Below are positions 1-12,721 of a stretch of 64,000 nt of DNA, piece after piece. The notes beneath the pieces were generated by a model that was given only the letters and a program-made list of their open reading frames with translations, was not told where the DNA came from and did no database searches. How positions within the stretch are numbered: the first letter of the stretch is position 1; every line of letters begins with the position of its first letter. A program made the position numbers and the translations under genes. The DNA is from Octopus sinensis (taxonomy: Eukaryota), in NCBI RefSeq assembly GCF_006345805.1, contig NC_043015.1, positions 18,042,001-18,106,000 on the forward strand, written 5' to 3'.

Positions 1-399
1 GTAACAAAATAGGGAAACATTTTATCTTGGTCACACAACCTTATATGGCATTAACATGTTGTGTCTTTAATCAACTGATAGCTAAACAATATTATTGTTA
101 TTGATATTGTTATGAGTAGGTCAATTCGGGAAACAAAGGACACAGTAGATGAACCCAAGATGTAATGGATGGGAGCCAGTAATACACTTGTCATCCTAAC
201 TAATATTTTGCAGCAGAAAGTGTGAAGACAACCTAGATGTTTCCTTCATCCTAACATTAGCACCACATGGACTACATGTTAGTGCATGAGAAAGACTTAC
301 ACATCTGAATAATACCCAGTACAGAGTAACAAAGACAATTGCTTGCCTTCTTTTCAAACTCAAACCAAAGAAAAGAGGTGTTCCAAAGTAGATATTTCA

Positions 400-1010
400 C
401 CAGTCTGGAGCAACAAAGCATCTGAGGAAAAGTACAACGATCACTCAAGTCATAGATTACAAGCCTTGAGCACTTTCATCAGTGCTGTCTCTGCACCATT
501 CTCAACATCTACTGGAATAAATCTGTTACCAACACTGAAGTCCTCAAACAGGCAGAAGACACTAGCATTGCAGTCATACTGATATGTTGCAGCTATGTTG
601 CAGGGCAAGTTTCTAGACTGGAAGATAATCACTTACCCAAGATTGTGCTTTAAGTCACACACTCCACTGGCAACCATGACTAAGTAGCATTATAGAAAAA
701 GTACAAGGACTTTCTGGAGAAATCTTTCAGTGCTATCATACTGATCATCCACAAAGGTCAACGATAGCTGTTAACTGCAAGGCTTGGTGACACATCATTC
801 ACCAGTTTGTCTTCAAGAATGTATGCAGAGCTGGATTTGAGGAAAAGGAGTACTGAGGATGAACCATGACACAAAATAATCAAACCACCTAGAACAGAAT
901 TTCTCTTGCAGCCATTGTGGATGGGTCTGCCCCTGTCTCTTTCTGACCTCATCCTTTACCAGCAAGCTAGCAGTGAATGTGAACAGCTCCCTTCAGAAAT
1001 CTTCCTCTAC
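400..1010 (+). mobile_element. Old RTE-clade LINE 3' fragment
   Basis: Broken frames give LEHFHQCCLCTILNIYWNKSVTNTEVLKQAEDTSIAVIL..GQVSRLEDNHLPKIVL and a degenerate terminal SHCGWVC zinc motif, typical of the RTE post-RT region. Confidence 0.6.
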
Positions 1011-1109
1011 AAATATTTTAGTCTAAAAATTAGTATTCGTTTCATTAATGTATATCCAATTACTTAATAATCAATCAGTGATTAACATATATCCTAAACA
1101 TTGTAGCTT

Positions 1110-3314
1110 GTCCGTCGATGCGATGATGACCATCTAGTCATCCTGGGGTGGGGGTGGGCTTGTTTGTGAGTCCGCAGATGGCTAGTGAGTCTTTGACAGT
1201 GTGGACAGGGAATGGTAGCGCCTGCTACAGGGTTGTTAGCTCTGTTCTTCCTGGTTTGTCTGTGGTCTTCTACAGCAGCAATCCTATTGGTCTCTCATGT
1301 GTTGGCACTCTTGTGGACAGCTGATTGCCACCCATATCTGTCTAAAGCAGACTGGTCTCGAGTGTCATGGTTGATATTGAAGGCTTTCTGTGAGGTTTTC
1401 AGTGTGTCCTTAAAGCACTTCTTCTGGCCACCTTGTGAGCACTTTCCCTTTTGCAGCTCACCAAAGAGCAATCTTTTTGGTAATCGATCGTCTGACATGC
1501 AAGCTACATGCCCTGCTCAACGAAGCTGAGACTGCATCTAGATGATATGGATGCTGGGCAGGTTAGCATGTATTAGTACCTCGGTATCCGAGATCCTGTC
1601 CTGCCACTTTATGCCGAAAAGTTTTCTGAGGCGTATTGTATGAAAGTGGTTCAGCTTCCTGGCATGACGACAGTAGACCGTCCAGGACTCGCAGCCATAA
1701 AGCAGCATTGTGAGAACAACAGCCCGGTACACCTTGATCTTTGCCATGTTGGTGATTCCCCTCCTGTCCCAGACAGTCTTGCGTAGTCTGCCAAAGGCAG
1801 CACTTGCCTTGGCGAGTCTGGCATGACTTCGTCATCAATGACAACATTTCTAGAGAGTGTGCTGCCAAGGTAGGTGAACTTGTCTACCATGTTTAGTCAC
1901 TGCCTGTTGATGGTGATGTTGGGTTCAACATAGGGCTTGGTTGGATCTGGCTGATACATTACCTCAGTCTTTTTTATATTGATAGCAAGGCCAAAGTTGT
2001 TGCAGGCACCAGAGAACAAGTCAACGCTGTGCTGCATGTTGGACTCAGTGGCAGCATTGAGAGCGCAGTCATCAGCGAACAGGATGTCGTTGACGGTGTC
2101 TACTGAAACCTCGGTCTTCGCTTTGAGCCTCCCGAGGTTGGAGACTGAACCATTGGACCGGTACTAGATGCCGATGCCTATGTCTGTGTCCCTGAAAGCA
2201 TCTGTCAGCATGGCTGAGAATGTAAGGCTGAACAAGGTGGGAACGACACATCCTTGCTTAACTCCGTTGGAGCCAGGGAATGGATCAGAGGTCTCTCCGT
2301 TGTCCTGTACCCTTGCCAACATGCCATCGTGTAGTTGTCTTACGATGGTGATGAATTTTCTGGGGCACCTATACTTCGCCAAGATTCTCCAGAGACTTTC
2401 TCTACTAACGGTAACAAAGGCCTTGGTCAGGTTGATGTAGGTGGAGTAGAGGTCGACGTACTGGTCCTGACACTTCTCCTGCTGCTGTCTAGCAGCAAAC
2501 ACCATGTCGACAGTCCCACGCTCTTTCCGGAAGCCACATAAGGACTGGCTTGATGAGAACTGCGCAAAGATCAAGCAACTACTAGAGGAAAAGCATCGTG
2601 TTTACAAAGCTCACCTCACTGACCTCAAGTCAGTTTCAAAGAAGGACAGACTGCGGATTGTATGGAGCAAAATCCAAACGAAGTTGCGCCAGATGCAGGA
2701 TTCCTGGCTTAGAAGTAAAGCAGACATGATCCAGGGCTTTACAGACAGAAATGATATGAAGAATTTATATGGCAGCTTGAAGGAAGTTTATGGACCTACT
2801 ACTGCAAGAACACTGTCTCCCCTCCTTAGTGCTGACGGGGCAACATTGATCACCGAAAAGGAAAAGGTATTAGAGAGATGGGCTGAACATTTTGACAGCG
2901 TCCTGAATAGGCCTTCCACCATCAATGGTGAAGCCATCGATAGGCTACCTCAAGTCCCCGTTGAGGAGTCAATGGACGTTGAACCAGCTTTGGAGGAAAT
3001 TCAGAAAGCATGCCGCCTACTGTCCAGTGACAAAGCACCTGGTTCGGACTCCATCCCAGCTGAAGTATTCAAAGAAGGCGGTATGACACTGACCAGGAAA
3101 ATTCACCAGCTGTTTCAGCTCATCTGGATGCACGAGACAGTGCCTCAAGACTTCAAGGACGCCTCTATCATCCACCTCTACAAGCGAAATGGAAACCACC
3201 AGATCTGCAACAATCATTGCGGAATTTCACTGCTGTCCATCACAGGCAAGATCCTGGCTAGAGTTTTGCTCAACCATCTCACTGCACACCTAAAGCAGGG
3301 TCTCCAAGCTGAGA
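1110..3314 (-). mobile_element. RTE (BovB-like) LINE insertion with 5' inversion and degenerate TSD
   Basis: Minus 2538-1110 carries CGFRKERGTVDMVF..GVKQGCV..VDKFTYLGS..LLYGCESW..RLPKRLLFGEL and the 3' end; plus 2535-3314 carries the upstream part (HKDWLDEN..KAPGSDSIP..LKQGLQAE); flanks cctaaacattgtagctt (1093-1109) and cctaaacattaccagctt (3315-3332). Confidence 0.92.
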
Positions 3315-3404
3315 CCTAAACATTACCAGCTTTATAACAATAATAATCCCACTTAAATTACAAAACTCAACATACACAGACACATGTTCTCTATTCCATG
3401 CATT

Positions 3405-3960
3405 TGCCTCATCCACTATTTTTAAACTTTTGCTACTCTTCTTTTACACTCTTGCAAACAAACTCATCCTCAATTCTGTCCCTTTTTTCTCTTTATCCCG
3501 CCTTATACCCTGAGAATACATCCTGGCACCTCATCTCCAGCATTCTCTTTCTAACTCGAAACAGCATGTGTTCATGTATCTCCTCTACAACAAGACACCT
3601 ATTCATGTCCTTTTATCATACTTTAGCCTCTGAACACCTGGCATGAGGCCACCCCAACACAATCAAGGGATCTTATCTTGTGGAATACTTGATGATGTTA
3701 CTAGTTGATTTGGGAACCAAACTTCACTCACACACTCTATTTTTGGTATGATGTCTCTGGCCAGATGCCCTTTCCTATCACCATCTAAGTAGTTGGTGGT
3801 AGGAGTGCAGAACAGCAACAGAAAAAAGTGGTGAGAGTAGTAGTTTTTAATGAAAAGTGACATGGAGTGATGACCAATAGTAAAGATGGGTGATGATAGG
3901 GGGTATTAAATATGGACAGATCCACAGCCATTTCTTATTACACAGGTGTTGCGATGGAAT
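3405..3960. repeat. Left arm of long-range inverted repeat (partner 21952-22506)
   Basis: 3568-3960 is the reverse complement of 21952-22344 with about 11 mismatches by eye; 3405-3567 aligns at clearly lower identity. Confidence 0.9.
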
Positions 3961-4111
3961 GAGGCATTAGTAGAAGACAAAGTAGTAGTGAATTTAAGAC
4001 CACTTGGTTAAGTTATATACATATGCGTGTGTGTGTATAAATATATGTATGTATATATATGTGTATTTATGTGTGTATACATATGTGTATATGTGTGTGT
4101 GTGTGTGTGTG

Positions 4112-5190
4112 ATATAGGGAGAGAATTCACAAAAAAAATGACAAAGACAGGTGTAGACAACAAACAGATATATTGGCTTAACACTTGGGAAGTGAAAGTC
4201 TTTAATGTATCGAGCATATGCTTTCCACAGAAAGGAACACAGAAATAAGGAGAGGAAATAAAGAATGTGTAGTGGCTAGCGATCTATCATGGTGAATGCT
4301 GGACAGAGGGATCACACAGGAGAGCTAGGAAGAAGGGGAGATAATAAAGAAGTGGTGATCCCAACATGAAGGTGCACGTGCATGCATGTATGTGTTGAAG
4401 AGGGCTGGTAACCTTGATGTGTGTGCATGTATATGTGTAGGTGTGTGGATGTGGGGCTGGGAAGTGGTCAGTGCTAGTGTGTGCATGGTGGTGTGATGTA
4501 ATGTATTGTGGTAAGGTGGTGTATGGTGTAGTGATGTGTGGTATGGTGGTGTTGGGGTGTGGGGGAGGCAAGAGTGGGGAAAACAAAGGTGGGGTGTGGG
4601 TTAGAGGCAGGGTATGTAGGTAGGCTGAGGGTGGGGGTGGGATGGATAGGGATGGTTGGGTTGGCTCGTGTGGGGGGTTATGAGGGAAGGGTGACAATGA
4701 AGGGAGAGGGGGAAGGGAGGTGGGTAGGAGTGAAGAGAAGTAGGAGTCGGAGCAAGAAAGGAGAGATGTGTGGGAGGAAGTAGATGCGTGGGAGGAAGTA
4801 GGTGTGTGGGAGGGAGTAGGTGAGGCGTGGAGGTTAGATGAAGAGTGGAGGAGAGTTGAGCTCATGTGGCGCAAAGGAGCGAAGAGAAGATTAATCACTG
4901 TTCACGGCGCAAGGACAATCCGAACATGGACAGGTGTTGCAAAGAGTAACTGGTGCAAGACCAGGGTGTCATTGCCGAGTTGGATGTCTCGGCTGTGTTC
5001 CACGAACCAGTCAGCCAAGCAGCGTCCCGTTTGCCTGATCTATAGAGAAGGGCAGAGAGAGAGCAGGAGATGCAGTAGATGATATTGGTAGAAGGGTAGG
5101 TGAAGGAGTTGGTGATATGATAGGGTCGATGATGGTGCCGGTGAGGAAGGTGGTGTTGGAGAGGTAAGGGCAAGTGCAGCAGTGTGGGCG
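4112..5190 (-). mobile_element. Penelope-like element 3' fragment (GIY-YIG remnant, pyrimidine-rich 3' region, decayed hammerhead)
   Basis: YHITNSFTYPSTNIIYCISCSL(CPSL)..SGKR GIY-YIG remnant; homologous to 46390-47570 in opposite orientation. Confidence 0.8.
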
Positions 5191-5199
5191 ATATATATA

Positions 5200-5230
<31 letters not shown>

Positions 5231-5254
5231 TATATGAATATATATTTATAATTG

Positions 5255-6300
5255 TTAAAGAGGACAACAAACATTAAGGCAAGGCAGACACCTCAAGTTG
5301 TATACAATATTATTATTGGAAAAAATTCAGTCTTACAGCTGTTTCTGGGATACCTCCGAGTATGGGATATTCTGTCATCAGAGATAAATAGGGAAAATGA
5401 GAATGTTATATATTAATGAAATGACAACAGAGTAAAAGAATAAGGTGAAGGAAAGAAAGAAGAAAAAGAAGCACAAAAGTTCATAATTCAACTTTCTGAA
5501 GTTATAAAAACAGGGACATGAGCCCTTAGGTGTAATCCTGTGTAGATCCATGTGGGTTAAAATCCTGATATAGCAGACATCCTGAGAAAAAAGATGTGAG
5601 CATATCAATGTTCAATAACAGAATGGTAGGGGAGGTAGCTATTCAGTGGTAAAGGGAAAGAAGAAAAAAAATAGAGAAGTAGACAGAGTGAGGGTGGGGG
5701 TGGGAATTTAAGGATTGGCTATAGGCTAAAGTAAGATACAGAGGTGTATGGTGTCTAAGAAACCTGTAAGAGGTAGCTGAGAAGACAAGAGAGAGGGTGA
5801 GGAGGTAAAGGAAGATAGAGTAAAAAAATAGAGCAAAATGAAAAGAATTTAGAGAGAGTAGTAGACATCTGGTTGTCTTAAAGTCTAAAGTTGTTGGGGA
5901 GGAAGTTTAGTAGTAACTGTTTGTGTCCATTTTTAGCAATGGAGTTATTGGTAATTGAGAATGGAAGAGCTAGTTGAATGTTAAATTATTTATGAGTGGG
6001 AGTTAGAGTTAGGAGATTTATTGGGTTAAGGTTTAAAAATAAAGGATAAATTAAAGAATATTTATCTCATAGTGTGATGAGGTAAGGTAGATATAAGAGA
6101 GGTAAGATATTAGGTAGAATTAAGAGTTATAGAGATATAGAAGGGGTATGTGTTAATGATCATAGGGGTTTGTATGTAAGTGATATTCGTGGGGGAGGGG
6201 GCTTACATTTAGATTTATGAAAGAATTTAAAAGTGCGGAAGAATTTGTGCTTACATGTAGTGAAGGCCTTGTATTTATTAAGCAGTTGTGGTGAGTTGTG
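5255..6300 (-). mobile_element. Penelope-like element 3' end (second family)
   Basis: Minus LLNKYKAFTTCKHKFF resembles the PLE endonuclease C-terminus; hammerhead motif at 5331-5384 near its 3' end. Confidence 0.6.
5331..5384 (-). ncRNA. Minimal hammerhead ribozyme motif (partly decayed)
   Basis: UCU-CUGAUGA-[imperfect stem II]-GAAA-CAGCUG-UA|AGA; palindromic stem III ACAGCUGU. Confidence 0.65.
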
Positions 6301-6314
6301 AATATGTGTATATG

Positions 6315-6945
6315 AGGAGGTACCCAAAAGTAAGCGGAAACGTTTTCTGTGGGATAAGCCCCATGTAGTTCAGGCTTCCGCCACTAGAAGTCACCCTCAG
6401 GTATCAGTCTGCTGATTGGCAGAGGCAAGTTGGGTCATTCTGTCATGCAGAGCTTCTCCCCTGGTCATCAATTTGGCTGATGGCTGAAATGAAGAAACAG
6501 CATGCTTCCATGCAATTCTGTTTCCAGCTGGGAAAAATGGCAGCTGAAACAGTTGTCATGCTGTAAACCACTTACAAGGGCGCTGCCATGAGCAAAACAC
6601 AAGTTTACAAGTGGTTTTTACGCTTTAAAAATGGTCACTTATCACTTGAAGACCAACCTTGTTCAGGGCGACCGTTGACCTCCCAATCAAATGAAAACAT
6701 CACAAAAATTCATGAACTGATCTTCAATGACCTTCGCCAGACAATTGACGAACTTGTTGATGACTGGTGTGTCCTGGAACTCATGTCAACAAATTTTGCG
6801 TGAGGATTGCAAATGAAAAGAGTTAAAGCAAAATTTGTACCCCACTTTCTGACAGAAGATCAAAAGCAGTTATGATTGAATGTGTGTCATGAACTGAAAG
6901 AACCACTTGAAGTTGGTCTGGACCTTTATTGTTTGAAGGTCATTA
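6315..6945 (+). mobile_element. Mariner transposon 5' fragment
   Basis: MAEMKKQHASMQFCFQLGK..MSKTQVYKWFLRFKNG..EDQPCSGRP HTH region; truncated before the catalytic domain. Confidence 0.85.
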
Positions 6946-7071
6946 CCACATATGCCGTAGATATATATATGTATGTATTGTCCAACCCGTGCTAGCACAG
7001 AAAACGGACGTTAACGATGATGATGATGATATATGTATATATATAAACATATATATATGTATGTATGTGCG

Positions 7072-7109
<38 letters not shown>

Positions 7110-7240
7110 GTAAATCCCAAAAAGAACAAACACGAAAAAACATAATGCAAGGATGTGATACATGTAATATATTAGCAGATGCTCAGGGAAGGAAAGAAAT
7201 ATGTATGTATGTATGTATATATATATGTATGTATGTATCA

Positions 7241-8074
7241 CAAGGTGGTATCAAAAAGTTCCCAGATTAGTTCTATAGAGCACCAACAGATGGTGGCACA
7301 TGGTTGCGTACGCAGTGAGAGCTAGCAGTGACCTTCATGAGGCAGTGCCAAGTGACATCACTGTTTACTTTGCAAGTTGTAAAATTTGTATTTTTGTGAT
7401 CATATATATGCTGTAGTTCGCGATTATGTCATGGAGAGGAATAAAGAAATTTTGTGTTAAACTTGGGATTCTGCTACAGAGCCATTGAGCATGCTTTGGC
7501 AAGCTTATGGTAACAAGGTAATGGGTCATATGGAATGTTTTGAGTGGCACGGGTGCTTCAAAATGGAAGAATGTCCCTGGAAGACAATAAGTGGTCTGAA
7601 AGACCTGCCCTGAACATCACTCCTGGAAATATGGTACTGTGCATCAAGAATTCTACTGCAATGTTTTGAAGCAGGGAGGACATTCAGTGAAAGTGACTGG
7701 ATGTGTGGAATGTGAAGAAATGGATTTTTCACTGAGTTTTCCTCTCTTGTGAGTTTCGCACCAAAAGCAACATGGTATTGCTTCTGTACTCACCCTATTC
7801 ACCAGATTTAATACCTGCAGACTTCCATCTCGTCACCAAGATCAAAATGCAGTTCAAAGGTTGCCATTTTCGAATTACAGAAGGTTCTCAACTCAATTAC
7901 AAAAATGACTTCCAAGCCAGATTCCAAAAGTGACAGGAATGCTGGGACAGGTATGTTGCTGCACAAGGTGACTATTCCAAAGGAGATGATACTAAAAGTT
8001 AGGTAACTAAGTTATTTTATATTAAATTTTATATATATAGATTACTAATCCGGGAACCTTTTGACACCACCTTG
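7241..8074 (+). mobile_element. Internally deleted mariner
   Basis: TIRs caaggtggtatcaaaaagttcccagattagt / actaatccgggaaccttttgacaccaccttg followed by TA; remnant PYSPDLIPADFHL motif. Confidence 0.88.
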
Positions 8075-8090
8075 TATACACATATACATA

Positions 8091-8125
<35 letters not shown>

Positions 8126-8145
8126 ATATATATATATATATATAT

Positions 8146-10767
8146 ATATTATTTATTTAAAGGTCACAATACCTGTATTAAAGAGCTAATTGTTTCATGC
8201 GTTGAGAAAACTCAAACATATTCTTCATGTGCAAACCACATATCATAACAAACTAAAGAAATTGAATAATAGAAGAAACGTGAAAAAATTGAGAAGGCAG
8301 CATATAGAAAATGCAAACAGTAAACAACAGAAAATGAAAAGCAAACTAAAAAGTAAAAAGGTAAAAAAGCTATCCTCTTTAGACCTTAAATGATAAGGCT
8401 GGAAAGATAACAAATCAGTCAGAAATAGGTAGAATTTTTCAATTCTTCAAAATATATTTGTACATACCCTGTTATTGTTAAAGATTTAGTCCCCTTTGAG
8501 TCTGACCACCTTAATTTAGTTACCAATATTAGATTTCATAAATACCACATCTCCTTTCAAACTAAAATGAAATCTAAATTAAAAACTTTAGAAGTTCTAA
8601 AACGAAGTTCATATTTTCAGATAAGACTAATAACCTATATGAAGTTACTAATGACTTATACGATAAGTTGCTAAAAGGACATGATTTCTAAATATAAGAA
8701 AGCTAATGTAGAGAGATACTATGATATCAATGATCAAGCTAATTCCTCGCTAAATGTAGTAATACTGATGATAGATTAGAATGCTTAGCTAAGAGAGAGG
8801 CGTTTATTACTTTAAAAGACCATAAACCCAATTTTTATGATAATCCTACTTGTAAATTGTTAAATCCAGCGAGATCTGAAATTGGGCTAGTAGCTAAAAA
8901 AATACTTAGAAATATTAATAGAATTAAGGAAATTACTGGGCTTCAACAATGGAATAACAGTTTTACTGTAATAGATTGGTTTAAGAATATCAAGAATAAG
9001 AATAAAGCTAAAGTTACCCAGGTTGATATTATAGACTTTTATCTAGATTGCTGCTTGAAAAAACTATTGAATTTGCTAAATCATATGTTGATATTGACTC
9101 TAGACTTAAATTTTATCAGGCATGTGAGAAAAACACTATTGTTCAGTAAAGGATTAGCATGGGTAAAAAAGTCATATAGTGATGAACTATTTAATGTATT
9201 TATAGAGTCATATGATAGTGCTGATGTCTATGATCTTGTGAGTTTATTTAAATTAAACATCTTGAGATATAGATACCCATCTCATGATGTTGGCCTATAC
9301 TGTGACAATGGTTTGGGTATTTCCCATAGGTGTGATGGCCACACCCTCAATAGATTTAGAAAGCAACTAATTTCTGCCTTTATTCAATTAGGACTTAAAA
9401 TTACAGTAGCTACTAATCTCTCTATGGTTGATTATTTAGCTGCTTCCCTAGATTTAAACTCTTTCTCATACAAATCTTTCCATATGCTTAATGAGAAACT
9501 CGCATATATACATAAACAGTCTTGTCACCCTCCTGTAATATTTAAAAACCTGATAGCTAATATTAGTAACAGAGTGTCTAACCTCTCTCCTTCCAAAGAA
9601 ATTTTCAAGAAAGCTGTCCCCTATTATAACAAGGCTAACAGTGGCTTCAAAGATAAATTAATATATAATCCCTCTAATAATAATAATAATAATAATAAAG
9701 ATATTAATAATAGATCTAGTGGCAGCAAATTTAAAGTAGTACATAACCACTCTAGTATTAATCGGGATAAGAAATCTAAAAATAGGCCAAGGAAAATTAT
9801 TTGGTTTGCCCCTCTCTTTTCCCTTATTATAAAAACTAAACTTGGAAAAAAAGATTCCTGTCTCTCCTAGACAAACACTTTCCAGCTACTCACAGATACA
9901 GGAAAATATTTAATAGGAGTTCTTTGAAATTATCATATAGCTGCTGCCCCAATATGAAGAGTATCATTACATGTGGTCACTACCAAGAGCCTGAATCCAA
10001 TTGCAACTGTCACTACCCAGGACTAATGATATATGACCAAATCTATCATATATGAGGTAGAAGTTACTGCAACTCTAAAACATAATACTACTGATAAGTA
10101 TACCTATACTGGATTATGTGAAGGTGAATTTAGAAATTGCTATGCCAAACACATAGCCTCCTTCTGACACAAGGACAAAAGTAAAGCTACTAAGTATGGA
10201 CTTTGAAAGATAATGAAAGACCCCATGTGATTAAATGGAAAGTAATTGAGAAATCCATACCTTATGTGAACAGAATGAATAAATGTAAGATTTGTTTGGC
10301 TGAAAGAGCACAGATCCTGTTCAGATCTAAGATTCCTAACTCTCTACTGAAATGCAGGTCAGAAATTTTCAGTGGTTGTATGCATCTATGTAAATATATT
10401 TTGAAGAATTGAAAAATTCTACCTATCTCTGACTAACTTGATATTTTCCCAGCCTTATCATTTAAGGTCTAAAGAAGATAGCTCTTTTACCTTTTTACAT
10501 TTTAGTTTCTGTTTTTCGTTTTTTGTTGTTTACTGTCTACATTTTCTATATGCTGCCTTCTCAACCTTTTAGCATTTCTTCTATTATTCAATTTCTTTTA
10601 TTTGTTATGATATGTGGTTTGCACCTGAAGAATATGTTTGAGTTTTCTCAACATATGAAACTATTAGTAGCACTTTGATACATGTATTGTGACCTTTAAA
10701 TAAATAATATTTATCTCTCACCACATAGAGTATGTTTTTTGTTGAATTTTCTATCATGGATCAGTAC

Positions 10768-10770
<3 letters not shown>
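8146..10770 (+). mobile_element. Penelope-like element (Naiad-type) with RT and GIY-YIG remnants and an inverted 5' copy of its 3' end
   Basis: AFITLKDHKPNF..LLNPARSEIG..QQWNNSFTVIDWF..DIIDFY..GLYCDNGL..HPPVIFK; YTGLCEGEF, CKICLAER..RSEIFSGCMH; 8146-8459 is the reverse complement of 10392-10710. Confidence 0.9.
10617..10673 (+). ncRNA. Hammerhead ribozyme motif in PLE terminal repeat
   Basis: CUGAAGA-AUAUGUUUGAG-UUUU-CUCAACAUAU-GAAAC-UAUUA-GUA; stem I imperfect. Confidence 0.55.
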
Positions 10771-10821
<51 letters not shown>

Positions 10822-10870
10822 AAATATGAATTAGAGATAAAACCACTATTAGGCAACTCAAACAGTGATA

Positions 10871-11714
10871 CGAGGGACGTTCAATAAGTAATGCCCCTGA
10901 CCCACTTGCATTTGTTTGATCTAGCTGAAATTTTGTATGTGCAATTATTTATATCTCAATAGATTAACTGGCAAATTACAGCTCTGAACTAATCGTGGTT
11001 TTTGATTTACAGGTGTTTTAAATGAGTCAAGTGTGAAATGGAGCCTGTTGAGTGTCGAGCAGTGATCCGGTTTTTGTATTTGAAAGGACGCACACCGCGG
11101 GAGACTTTTGATGAAATGAAAGTAACTTATGGTGATGATGCCCCATCATATGATCTTGTAAAACGCTGGCATCGTGAATTCAAACATGGTCGGAACTCTG
11201 TGAAAACAGCTCCTAGATCTGGTCGTCCCGCTTCTGCCATTGATGAGGCATCTGTCCGTCAAGTTGAGGCTGCCATTTTGGAAGATCGACGCATAACTAT
11301 TTGCCAAATAGCCCATGAGGTCAAGATTAGTACCGGGTCTGTGGAAACTATCATTCATGACCATTTGCATATGCAAAAGGTGTCTGCCAGATGGATTCCC
11401 AGGTTGCTCACACCCATACTCCTACTCTCCTGACCTTGCACCCTCTGATTTTCACCTCTTCCCAGCCATGAAGTTGTTTTTGAAAGGAAAGCGTTTCCCA
11501 GATGATGCAGCCTTGGTTTCTGAAGTCACGTCATGGTTGGAAGACCAAGCTGGGGTCTTCTACAAAAACGGTCTCCAGAGCTGCAACAAATGATGGGAGA
11601 AATGCGTACCTCTGGATGGTTCCTATGTAGAAAAAGACAAATAACTGTGCCAAGTTTCGTTGCTCTACTGCTATGGGAAGTGGGTCAGGGGCATTACTTA
11701 TTGAACACCCCTCG
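10871..11714 (+). mobile_element. Young internally deleted mariner with TA TSD
   Basis: TIRs cgagggacgttcaataagtaatgcccctgaccca / tgggtcaggggcattacttattgaacacccctcg; TA on both sides; MEPVECRAVIRFLYLKG..WIPRLLT joined directly to YSPDLAPSDFHLF (DD region deleted). Confidence 0.95.
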
Positions 11715-11921
11715 TAGACATAAAACAATACATAAATAACAAATAATATAAATATAATTAATATAATATATAATATATATATATATATATAATTAAAAAT
11801 GAGGGTGTCTAAAAGACACCAACATGCCGAAATAGCAGTCGAAACACTGACTATAGTACCACGTTAAATGTTCATATCGCACCATGAGGTAAAGCGGAGG
11901 GACAAAACATACAAGCAAAAA

Positions 11922-11957
<36 letters not shown>

Positions 11958-12721
11958 TTAATTTTTTTTTATGGGAGATAATTTGTAAGGCTAAATCATA
12001 TAGTATAGGTAGCAGTTATTGTTATTTATGTTCTAGTGAGTTTAATGAAATTTTTTTTAATGATCATAATAATTTAGTAAATACACTGGACGAGTGTAAA
12101 ATTAAATATAGACACATTACTTTACTTATATAATAAATTTTTAGATAAATAGCGACTACATTTAAGCCCTATTTTGTTCCTAATTTGTAGTTATACGTAC
12201 TAGTATTAATTCTAAAATTTAGTACGGGATTTATGGTACTTGTCTATTGTCGTGGTCCCGGTTTCTCACACGCGAATTCGCGCGCGCACCAGACGTAGGT
12301 ACTCGATACTCGAGATCCTACGAGGTGACTTGCGCATGCGCAGTGCAGAATTCGCGCATGCGCGTTAAACCCCGCCCCCCCAAAAAAAAAGGTGTTGGAT
12401 TTCACTAAAAATATATATGTGTGTGTGTATATATAACATTTTCAATTTTACACAAAAAAATTACATAGTCGCTTTCCTCGCGGATTTACAGATAAATGAA
12501 TTAATTACTATTTTACAGAATAAAATTAATGAATTAATTATATAAATTAAATAATTCTTGAAAATTAATTAATATTAATAATATTTTTTGAACAAAGTAA
12601 ATAATTTATAAAACTTGGTTAATAATTTTTTTTACACAAACGCGAACGTATATAATTTGTGAAACTTTTTTTTTTTTACAGACGTATATAATTTGGTAAA
12701 CTTAATGAATTAATTTCTTCT

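Noticed and set aside
2504-3319. 271-aa ORF as a host gene
   Set aside because: RTE linker/RT fragment; its start derives from the antisense strand across the inversion junction
9960-10420. Selenocysteine recoding in the Naiad-type PLE
   Set aside because: Copy is too decayed to distinguish Sec UGA from random stops; no SECIS recognised
11800-11855. Possible plus-strand hammerhead (gtgtctaaaagac..gccgaaatagcagtc)
   Set aside because: Core and stem II too degenerate to call
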